Source: Hydrolagus colliei
Taxonomy: Eukaryota
Assembly (NCBI GenBank): GCA_035084275.1
Contig: CM068746.1
Coordinates: 29,140,001-29,204,000, forward strand
DNA: 64,000 bases
Reading direction: 5' to 3'
Numbering within the stretch: the first letter of the stretch is position 1; each line of letters opens with the position of its first letter. The notes beneath the pieces are model-generated. The model did no database searches. It was not told the DNA's origin and saw nothing but the letters and a program-made list of their open reading frames with translations. Below, one piece after another: positions 35,791-47,627 of the stretch. A program made the position numbers and the translations under genes.

Positions 35791-38516
35791 AGCACAGTAT
35801 CAACTGCAGGGATTTTTATTATAAACCTGCTGATTTAAAATTGCAAAATCTCAATAATATTAATCCTTGCATTTGATATATCTCTTCTCACATCTTTTAG
35901 AAGTCTCAATAGTGACTGTGAGAGGGGGGGAGGGGGATTCTCACGTTGAGCCTTTATAGAAATAGTTTAAATTTGTTATTTTTGGCCACTGTCTTCATTT
36001 TGTGTTTTTACCATCGCAATAAACTCATGTCAATAAACAGAAAAAAGTGACAACAAACATGACTAGCATTGGATGCATTGATTTCAGTGCATCATTCTAA
36101 AAAGTGGACCCTGGTCTCTGCAATCGAGCCTTTTTGAAGGTCTTATGCATCTTATCATTAAGGGTTAATTACTTGTCAGCAGCCCTGCATGTGACCAACA
36201 GCAGACCCTTCTCTTCCATAGAGCAGTGAGTAATAGCTTTCTGGCCTGCAGCTACACTCTGCTTCCTGCTGCTGCAGCTATTTTCTCTTCTTCTTTTCCA
36301 TGCCCAGAGCTGGAGGATGTTTAGGTGTAGTTTGACACATAGCAAAACAAATTTGGTGCTTTCTTCTTGCCAGGCCATAAATCACTTTGCACTTACCCTG
36401 CTCCTGGTCACAGATTCATTGCACCAGGCTTCTTTGTGCTGTTGTTGGACTGTCCAGCACTAATGGGCCGGAATGTCAAGGAAACAGACAAATGCCTTAT
36501 TTACACACCGCCACACAACCTCAGCGGATTTAGCCTGATTGCTGACAAATGAAACCAAACCATAGGTGGCTAAAGGCTTGTGTTTACCTGGTGCTTAAAA
36601 TAAAAGTGTGTTGATTAGACATGTGCTGAGTGCTTAAAATGAACAAATAAATAAAACTGGCTGGGACGTAGTAATTGAACATACGTTCTTCACACTTCAG
36701 TTGGTCTTTCTCATGCACGATTGCTAGTGTGGTTGACAGTCCAATTCATAAAAGGACTGCAACGAAGTGTACCAGTTCTCCACGCAGCCACTGGTAGGTA
36801 ATCCTGTGAGCGTGTGTGTGCATTTGTGGGGTGGAGGTTTGTGGGGGGAGAGATCTAGAGAAGTTAGGAAATGTTAGGATTATATTGGTGAATCAAAGTC
36901 AACAACAACCATTTTTTATGTAAAAGAACATCTCAAACCCTTGGCAACTATTGTGGACAGAACAATAATTTACATTTCAAAACAATAAAACTTGCATGTA
37001 CCTAAATCATACATTCACCCGATTCCTATTAATTTCCTATCAATACCACTTAGATTTATTTACGCTTCTTGTAGTGCTTACCTTCTTACTCGTAATGCTA
37101 ATCCACTACCCCCAAAACTCCTGCACTTACTGGAGGCCTTGAATCGCAAGAAATTACACATCTTACCCGTCGACACATGGGCACTTATGAGCCGGTTGCA
37201 TTCAATCACAGTAACCATAGTCTTCATCCATCAACACTTGCACAGAAGAACTTAATTTCCCACAATTCAATGCAATTCCAACGTTAAAGTTTAAGCCGGT
37301 AAGTGAGCTTGCAGTGATGGGTGAAAATGCCTTGAATCACTGGAAACAAAATCTTAACCCGTAATGACAAGTTCTGCATGCGCACTTACCAGCTGCATTA
37401 AATTACTCATGTGCAGTTTAGATTATGGATTAAATCGATTTTCCATGACTGCTATAGTTTGCCTTCAACCCTAACTCTGCATAAGGTGTATTAAAAGTTA
37501 TGTTCCTGACCGATACGACTCGTGGGTTTACTGTAGGTCCCTTTAAATCATGAGGGTGTCTCAAAGAGCTTCATAGAACTCACTGGAAGTCTGAGAACTA
37601 TGGGGAGCTGAGAAGTGTGGAGGACATCAAGCAGAAAAATGAGGTTTAATATTTGATCAAAGGCACAGCTGAAGAGATATCTTTAGGATTTGAATCTAGG
37701 AGAGAGAAAAAAAAATGAACTTGCTCTGGAAGAGAGATCTTGTGGAATACCCCTATTTGTCAATGTAATAGAGGAACAATTGTTGTTGGAAGCCAGAGGG
37801 GAGTCTGCTGGTCACATCAGGATGGTAATCACAGAACAGAAAAGGAAAGAAAAATGAAAACTAACTGAAGCTTTCAAATAAATCACATTGCTTCAAAACT
37901 AAAAGAAGGAAATGTACAGCTTTGTGCTGAATGCAGATGAAAAGGACAATGATAAACTGGCAAAAGGGAGAGAAGCAGAATGTCTGTAAGGAGAGCTTGA
38001 TCGAATGTTGAATGGTGTGCCTTGGGGTCTGTGCTGTAACCTCTCCTGTTCCACGTGCGCATAAATGACCTGCATTTAGAGATTCAGTGTAAGATAATAA
38101 TTTATAGATGACACCAAGCTCAAAAGGCAACATCTCAGACAATACTTTGAAGAGGGTTTGGTATCAACCTGGCTCAGAGGGCAGCACTCTCACCATTGAC
38201 TCTTACCCACTTAGGTTGAAGCCCCACCTTGGGACTTCAGCTCACAGTCTCCAGTGCGAGTTGAGCAATGTATTGTCAGAGGTGATGTAGTTAATGAATG
38301 AGTTGTTAAACCAAAAACTTGCCTGTCTGTATTTCAGGTGAATGTTAAAGATCCCATGGTATTATTCAAAACATATAGTGGGCTGCTGTCTCCAGGTAAA
38401 ATTAGTCATTCATCTCGTGGCACCAGCTCTGGTGTGGATCCCTGACTGCCCAGCGCTTTGGGAACGCCTTCCTAATGTGAAAGGCACTATACAAATGTAA
38501 TTTGTTGTTTGTTGTA

Positions 38517-38725
38517 CAGTAAAAGCCTGTTTATCCAGCACCCTCGGGACCTGGCAATGCCGGTAAAAGCGCGTGCTGGATATTCGGCTGAAAACACACA
38601 CAAAAAAAATTTGACAATGCATTTTTCCAGATAAATTCCAGTCAATCGAATGCAGACCTTTTTTTTGAGGTGGCGGTTACACAGAAGTTATGGTTGATCA
38701 AATCACGGATAAATGGCTTTTACTG
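38517..38725. mobile_element. Short (209 bp) member of the same Tigger-like MITE family
   Basis: TA|CAGTAAAAGCCTGTTTATCC...GGATAAATGGCTTTTACTG|TA; shares both end regions with 6948-7806. Confidence 0.88.
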
Positions 38726-41700
38726 TACTAAGTTGTGCACAAAATCTCTGTACTATTTACCTACAGTAAGAGTCAGTACACTCAACAGTAAATATTGAGA
38801 AGCATGGGTCATAGAACATTTTTTTATCCAACCCCTTTTCTGATGTTACAGAGGGCATCGAGAATCTCTATTTGGAAGAAGTAACACATTTTCCATCGCG
38901 ATGAGCAGCAGCATATACATTGAATCTGTACAGATTTGCAATTGTTTTTGCACCATAACTATTGGAACAACTGGAAAGAGTCCATCTGATCCATCACCTA
39001 TCTTCCTTCCTGTATTCTCTCTCATTCATTGCAATATCAGAAACCCCAGTGCTTTTGCTTTTGCTGCCTTGTGTTACAAATTACTCCATACTCCACGATT
39101 CCACTTAAAGTGAAGACATTTTTCATAATACGTGTTTTGGATTATATATCTATAGTGCAGTATAGGGATGAGCAGTACAGCTATAAATAGATAAACGGTT
39201 CCTAGCTTGACCTTCACTTCTCAGATGTTTGAAATTGTTAATGTCTGAAACAAGACAGTAGTGGTTTTGTGCCTTTTGTCACTTTTCTGAGCTGAGTGTG
39301 TTGGAAGGAGTTGCTTCATCTGAAATGTGGTCGCCATCCGAGGGTTTAGCATTTCAAAAGAGCAGCTTTGCTTTTAGATGTACAGGATGACTATTTACTG
39401 GGAGAGCAATGCTTAGAAAAAAAGTCATTTATGTTTTACACGATCAACTAATCTTGAACCAGGCGAGACATACTCAAGCTCAGATGAAGGTGAACAAATA
39501 GAGCAAATTTAATCACTTCACACAGAGACTGAGGAATGGATTCCCCAGGGAGGAGGTGGAAAAAAACATTGTCAGCATAATCAGGAAGGAAATGGGTAGG
39601 GTATTTATTTTTATACTTTGATCAGATAAAAAGATCCTTTCTCATCTTGTGCTTTCCCATGTTCCCATTTCTTAAATCTGTGACAAAACTAAATAATCAT
39701 TGGAGGTTGATGTTGTCTGTTCTGCAGCCAACATGCAGTTGTGTGCCTCGAGTTACTGTAGCTTTGTAAGTCATTTTATCTGCTTAGAAGTGTACAAATG
39801 TATGGGAAATTCATGTTTGGAACTTTTTTTATGAGAAGCACTGATATGTCTTCACCCAAAAGAGAGAGCTTAATGACACATCACACAATGGGCCCTAACT
39901 AAAGTATCAATTAAGATGACTTGGGTAATTTGGGAAGTTAATGGGAAAACAATTGTTAATTTTGTGCCCTAAAATCTTGTAACGTGTTGTGCTTGTTTAC
40001 TGGAGATTAGGTAGTCCTGTGAAAACGACTAAAACGGTCTTACTTTTCTACAAGTTGAATAACACAATTTTTAAGCATTAACATTTTACCATTTTTTACT
40101 ACTTAATGGAATTCACCAGATGACCATCCAGACTCCTTTATACTAGCACCATAATGGCTAATGCAATTCCAAGCTATGGTATTCAAATTCATTTTAATTA
40201 CTTAAAAATTGAAATGATTCAATTCTGAGCTCCCGTACCAATCTGGAAACCAAATACCAATGTTAACAGTGACATTATTAACAATAATCATTGCACCTGC
40301 TTTTACACCAGGATGATATCCTTCAGAGCTTCACAGGAATTACTGTAAAGTGAAGTTTTTATGTGTTTGCAAATATAATAGCTAGTAATGTCCCAACAAA
40401 CTGTCATGAAGTGAATGACCAATTTTAATTTGGGATTGTTGATCAGGACAACAGGAGAGAAACTCCCTTCTCTTTCTGAATAGTGCCATTGGATCTTTAA
40501 TGTCCATCTGAACAGGCAGATGGGACTTTGTTTCAAATGAAGGACGGACACATGGAATAGTAGTAGAAGTCTATAGGACAGAAGGAGGTCTGACTCGCTG
40601 GAGCAGCTATATATTTCATCACTGTCCATAATTGCCCAATGTGTATTCCAAAAATAATACATGAAAGAAATGTTAGGAGCCAGTAGCTGTGATAAATTGA
40701 TCCAAACATCTGACCTGTACATATAGATCAGCTGGACTTATTATGAGAATTATTTCTGATGCCTGGTTGACAGAGTGGGATAGACAATTTACATGTTACC
40801 TCTTTCTTTATGATATTATGTCAGTAGATCTATGTGACATGAAATTCTGAAATGAAACTCAGGACTTCAACCTTGCTTTCAGCAAATGAGAAAATAAATG
40901 TTTGTTTCATGATAACTTCACCAAATTTTGAACAGTTCAGTAAAATATCAGCATGATTTAAATATATCAGACCCTATCATCAACAGAACTCTGGTTATCA
41001 GTCAATAAAAATAAATGAACTGATATCATCAGTTGAGGGGCTACCAGTTATGCAGTATTAATGCTCCGTTTATTTTTCCTGCCCATTAACATTTCTGGTT
41101 AATGTTTTGAAAGGGTTACTAAATAGTTATGGGAGGAAAGGAAAATAAATACAAAGGCTATCTTGTTATTTTGTAGGCAGTGAATGAATGTTTGGTTCTG
41201 CACTTTGACATGGATGTTGTCAATCACTGAGCATTCTTAATTGCCACAGGGAAAGTTACAAACATGTTGAAATTCCAAGCATGTTGGGTAATTGTGGGAC
41301 CTTACACCGGAGCAGTGTGAAGCTATGGGAATTACTTTGGACTTTAAATAAAGCATTAGAGTTAGACAATACAGACATCTGTAACTGCACACCCTCAAGG
41401 ACTCTGGAGACTTAAGTGGTGAAATAGTCACTTTCACAAGCAAAATTGGCATGTGATAAATAATCATTCTTACGTTATGTTGAGTGATGCTCAGAAAAAA
41501 ATCCAAATGAATGCTCAATGTGGTGATGGCAAAGATTTCTCTACCAGCTGTAAGCATTTTTAGTGAAGGTAATTTTTTTTCAAACTTTCATGAATAGTTG
41601 CCATTTAATTCCATTATGTTCTTGTGGAAATGAAAGATCTTAGTTTCTTGTTGGAGTTGAGATTCCACTTTATAGAGCATGAAATACATATACAGTACTA

Positions 41701-42818
41701 CTTAGTCACTCACCTTACAGCTGTTTGATGAACATTGCTGTGTACAAATTGGCTGCTATGTTCACCTACAAAATTCTGTCAATAGACTTTACACTAAATG
41801 CTGAGGAACTCTGAGACATCTTCTTGACGAGAAAGATGATGAATCAAATGAAATAAATTTTATTTTTATTGATACTTTTTGTAGTACCAGTGACAAACTG
41901 AGAAATGTAACTCAGATTGTGTTCCTCCTTCCTGACTTTGTTTCTGATCATTTCTGATTTTCAGCAACTTCATTTGAACGATTAAATGCATTTGAATGTT
42001 TAAACAAATAAACAATATTACAATAATTTGGTCACTCAATTGGTCACTCAGACTGTTTGTGGACACTGCTGCAATTTGCTGCCGCGTTTCGCCCACAAAA
42101 TATACAGCCAATTCACTTTACAGTATATCCGGTGAAGCGTTTTGAAACGCTACCCTGCTTGGAAAGTGCTATATAAGTACAAGCTGTTGTTGTTGCCTTG
42201 AAGATGTGATAAAGTGCAGTATCAAATGCAAGGATTATCATTATTGATTTTATAGTCTTGTTCTTTCCACATCTCTGGCTGTATAAGATTAGGTCTCACT
42301 TCTTCAGTGATGGGAGATGCTTATTTGTACTTTCAGACAAGTTCTAAGGCATCAACTCACCCCTCCAACACAGCACATTTCTAATTGTCCCTTGGTTAAG
42401 TATAATTTGACTAAACATTTATGTTGTGAGACATGAAAGCATTATGTTGCCTTTCAGAAATAACACATTTTAAAGCTCAATGATATCAGGTGTCCCATAA
42501 TTAAGATGATGAAATAAGTGTTCTTCTATCTCAAGTGTCCTGTTTTTTTGGAGGGGAGGGGAAAGAGAAGTGAAAACGATTGAGGAAGTTAGCCTTCTCT
42601 GAGATGGCTCTGTGGAATGGAAGTATGGTATAGGATACAAAGGAGTGGTGCTTTGGTTACCTGCAGTTTAAGGATGTATGAATGTTAATGAATTTGAGGG
42701 GATTATAATTACTGGAAGAATGTTAATAAAACACTTCTTTTAAAATAGTTTTTTTTAATATGGATAGCAGGGATGTATTATATGTCTGATACTTCTTTAA
42801 ATTTATTATTTAAATTGA

Positions 42819-43165
42819 GGAGCTCCTGTGGTTCAGTGGTTAGAGCACTTGTATTGCAAGCTGGGGAGACCAAACTGGGGAGACCTGTGTTCGAATCCAG
42901 GCAGGTCAGGGCAAAACCTTGGGCAAGTTTCCTCACTCCACACGCCTAATAATAATCCCTCCAAAAAAAACCACAATAATAAAATTGGTCATTTCAATCC
43001 ATGACTGTTGGTGGGACACTGCTGTGCACAACTGACTGCCGTGATTCACCCACAAATATATACAATCAATTCACTTTACAGTATATTCTGTGAAGCGCTT
43101 TGGTACGTCGATAAGGTGTGAAAGATGCTACATCAAATGCAAGGAGTATTATTATTATTATTATT
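42819..43165 (+). mobile_element. Full-length tRNA-derived SINE, same subfamily as 15609-15952
   Basis: Same head, body and tail; roughly 90% identical by eye to the reverse complement of 15609-15952. Confidence 0.9.
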
Positions 43166-46100
43166 AAAAGGCTCAGACAAACAAATGCCACACCATATTT
43201 GTTCGTAGTGAATCTTAACTATGTGTCTTAACTATGTGTGCATTTTATGTGCTGTTTAGAATAATTTTCTTCGGATCACATTTGGCACACTCTTCCTTTG
43301 AGGTGAATTGCTGGAAGCGCCTTTTTTTCCTTCATAGCCAGTTTTTGAGTATCAGTCTTGCCCATTCTGACATTTTTGACTTATAAAAGTTTGGGACAAG
43401 CAATTTTATTTTGTGCTTATCAAATTATAGAATGTCTGCTGCAGAGTAAAATCCCTTTCCACCTTTGTCGATTTGTTTCAGCATCAAGCACTCTCAGATC
43501 AGTTACCATATATCAAATGCAAATGGACATTTCCTTTTCTACGGCACCCCATGCTCAAAACATTCACCTCTTATTTTCTCCTCTTCCCGTTGCAGTGTGC
43601 ATCTCTCCTTTTCACTTTTCACTCATTACAGGCTTTTCTGAGTGAGTGATTTATTCATTTATTTTGTGCAGTTTTTTGTGGAGTTGAGTGAAAACTCATT
43701 CCACCCAGATCTTCTGCTACACAACGAGACACAGTAGACATGCGTCTGATCAGTCCAGACTGGATCTAAATCTAGTTCTGAGATGCAAAAGGACTTTTAC
43801 CCAACTGACTTTTGAAATGCACTTCCAATCCAAAAACAAAATCCTCATGACACAGGAGATACAGGAATCTCCTCCTCTAAATCTGATTATGAAGTTTAGA
43901 CTATCTAGGTTCCACTGAATATTTCCAGTTCAATAAAGGCATATTTGATTTGTATATCATGGTAAATTCAGATACCAAACATAAAGAGGTTTCCATAAAA
44001 ATATTTGAAAGCTAAAATTACAAACAGCAATTGTATTGGACAATCAAATTAAATCTTTTTGTAAATTTACATATGGGTTGTTGCAGCAGAAAGCAGCAAC
44101 CTATTAAAGAGTAAACTGGATTCATAAAATGGAGGGGAAGAGAATTTAGGAGATGATTTGGTTGGGTGAAGCCAATGAGATGTGGTCTGTGGAAGGCGTG
44201 GGCTTGAAGGATCTCGTAGCTTTTTCACATTCCAGACTTTTTACAGCAAACTGATAAGTGATCATGTTGCATCCAATAAGTAAACATGCCAGGCACAAAT
44301 CATTTGGGTCAGAAGAATTGAGCAATCAGAGGGATGTGTAATCATCACAAGGTTGAGACAAGTCTGAAACGTTTTTTTTCTCAGGATCACAATATTTCTC
44401 ATATCATTCAGCACCACTTGTGCTGTTGTCTGCGATTGGGGCTGAATTTATTTTTTCCCCCGTCAAAATAGTTCTGCCTTTCTTTCTGTTGTGCATACCT
44501 CCTGTCAGTTTTGTAATTGTGTGAGGAAAGAGGACAGAAGTTCATTAGCTTTGCCCCGCAGTCACTTTGAGCAACAAATTCAACTTTCTTATTCACTTAC
44601 TCAAAGAACCAAGTACCTGTGGCATTTCATATCATCTATCATTACAGAGTCAAAACAAAGTGAAAATTACAATGTCAAGGGCAGAAAGGGAAACAGTCTT
44701 CAGTGAAATCATTTCCGCTTCCAGCGGAGGCTGAGCAGTGTAATCTGACTTAGAAATGCATTGTGCACGCATAATAGTAAAATGCTAATGGTTTCTTAAA
44801 ATTGTTCCTTGTTCACGATTCTATTAGAGAGAAAGAAAACAGCCAAATGTTAGTAATTTAAATGACAGTAATTGCTTGACAAATAAGAATAAATGGAAAC
44901 TGTTTTGCTCATCACCCAAAATCATCTCTTGAAACATTCTGATGGGATATTGAGGCACCCAAGAACTTGAAAGAGATTATTTTTTAATACTAATAAAGAA
45001 CTGATCAGCCTGAATCAGTTGTTTCACTCTTGCCTTTAAGTGATGTGGATTCATGCCACACGTTGGTACTACTTTGAACCCAAGGCTGACACTTCAGTGC
45101 GGCAAGCACTGCATTGGCTGAGGTGCCGTCCTTCAGAGAAGATGGTAACTCAAAGCTATGAACCTATTGTTCATTTATTTTATAGCTGTTTGTTTGGCAG
45201 ATTGGCTGCCACGTTTACCTACAAAATACACAGTCCACACTCTACAGTAAATCCTGTGAAGCCCATTGAGACAATCTCTCATCATGAAAGACACGGTATC
45301 AAATGCAAGGATTTTTAATATTGTCATTATTTTTATTATCTGCTTTTGTTTGTTAAATTTAAAAAACTAGCTGCAATGCAGAAATTTTTTGGTGCTGATG
45401 AGCAGAGTTTCACAGATGGGATTATGCCAGCACTGACCTATTCTAAACCAAGCGATTTCAGAGCGGGGTGGACTAAATCAGGCTTCTCACTGCTCTTAAC
45501 TTGAATGCTGAAAGTAATGGTAAATGTCTTCCATCGGTAGATGTTGAAATTTTGGATTGAATTGTCTGCCATATGTTTGAGCTTTGTAAATTCTCAGTTC
45601 AAGGTTGTGTAATCTGGCACGTAGGGGAAAAAAGTAATCTTTCTGGAAGAATAATGCACGTTGGCCATTAGCCTGGATAAAAGATCCACCCTGTCCAGTG
45701 AATAATTCCCATGCTGTCTAATGTTTCCATTATGGGGAAATAGATTGGATAAATGTCATGATGTAATGATCTCAATCAAAAAAAGTTTGGGTGGACTGCT
45801 GTATAAATTACAAAATGTGTGTCATGTGGAATTAGTTTTTGTTGCTGCTGAAGTTGTTTTAATTTTATCCATGCCTGTTTCAGCACTTGGGTATAACTTC
45901 AATTGAACAGCATCTGTTTTGTGCATTCATGTCTCGAAAAGTACATCACAGAGAGGAGAATGATTCTGCAGAATAGCTTTGGCAACCAAGCTGCAAATTT
46001 ATACTATATCAGAGGCATTTAATTTAGAATAAATTGAAGGTGTCAGCTTGCAAAGGGTAGAGCTGAGGAATGTCCATTTTAAAGAGATTAATTTGTGGAC

Positions 46101-47544
46101 TGTGGACACTGTCATCTGGTCACTTCGCAAATATCAACTGCAAATAAAGAAACAGCTAATTGTTATCAGGCATGAATTTGTGAGGTCCTTTTTTACCTGT
46201 TTTGCTAGAGAAATATTTTAATGGCAATTTTTAATAAATAATCTGCGCTAGGGAAACTTGTTTTCAATTTGTTCAGTACAAATAAAATATTTTAAGCGTA
46301 AAAATAAAGGATAAAAATACTGTTGGAGATGAGTGTTAACATTTTTCCAATTTTTTAAAATTATTTTGGTGAAAAGTGTGAGACATTTCAAAGTGCCTCA
46401 CAGGAAATACTGTAATGTAGATTAACTATGTATTTTATGTGTAAGGAGAATTGAGAGCAATATAATACTACAAATCTTTAGAAAAAATTTGTTAGCACAT
46501 AAATGACATTAGAAGACTCTGCCAAAGTCGCTTTTTTAAACCCAGTGTTGCAGATCTATGGGGAACCGATAAAGTTTCTCATCATTCCTATGGAAGAGAT
46601 TTAATATTCAATGGTCCTGCTTTAATGTGTACAACAAATCAGTCAATTTTACTATGCTTCATACACAGCCATCCTGCATGGGTTCAAATAGCACTCTTCC
46701 AGAAGATCACAGCCTTGATTTATGTTGCATGAATGTCATTAGATTTGTTACAACAGGAAAATTATTCAGTTTGATTGCTGGCGAATTGATTACAATATTC
46801 TTTCTTTTACCAGGAATAGAGTTTAGCTGAAGCTGATCTCCTGCTGGCAATGCAACAATATCATTTTCAGCAGCATAGTGATGTGTAATGGGACATCTGA
46901 ATTATACAACCTGCTCTTTATCACATAGGCCACTGCCACGGAGAGCGGTGAAGTTTCCCAATATTATGAAACAGCGTGAAGAGTGTTACCTGAATAGCTA
47001 TTTTTGAATAACATTAAAACCAGCAGTGTTGTGCTTTTATATTGCATAGTGAATTGCCACAAAAATCATGCCCATTCATATTATTTATTATTTCAATAAT
47101 CATATTTAGTGTTTATGTAAAACTCAATATTGGAGGCATTTTTTGCCAAACTGGTTCATTACGTTAATATTTTGTTACGCATTTGTGCTTTAGAGCAAGG
47201 GCAAGAATGGCAAATGCACATGGTCCATTGCTCGTTTGTTCAATGAAAGACCATGGGACAGAAGGAGTCTGGATTACGGAGTCCAAGAGAGAGAGAGAGA
47301 GAGAAAGAGAGAGAGCAAGTCGGTAAAGTAGATGGATGATAACTGAGCAATTTAACATATTGGTTTTGGACATTCAAAAGTCCTTTGTATTTAATCTTAT
47401 GTTCATAGGAAGTCACTGTAAGTCATATAATCTTAGACCAATTATTTCAAATAGATCTGGAGTTTGGCTGTGTGCAGTAGGAGACTTTTTGAAGAATGTT
47501 TTTCTTTCGAATGTTAACTTTGTTTTCTCCTCTTTTCCTTTCAG

Positions 47545-47627
47545 GCGCTGGAGTCGCACTGCAGTTCTCTTACAGCTTGCTGAGTTTGGGCCTGATCCTT
47601 GGTGCCATCAGATGCCTGGAGCTGTGA
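47545..47627 (+). CDS. CNTN1: Contactin-1 terminal coding exon G (GPI-anchor signal)
   Basis: Long pyrimidine tract ttttctcctcttttcctttcag|GC GCT GGA...GAG CTG TGA; phase 1 matches exon F. (G)AGVALQFSYSLLSLGLILGAIRCLEL*: small residues then a hydrophobic tail, ending LEL (human CNTN1 ends LEF as recalled). Confidence 0.88.

Noticed and set aside
42819-42900. tRNA-Ala gene
   Set aside because: A and B boxes are present, but the cloverleaf is disrupted by a duplication and the sequence continues into a SINE body and (TAT)n tail.
44407-44427. REST/NRSE site (TTCAGCACCA)
   Set aside because: Only the left half-site matches; the GGACAG right half is missing.
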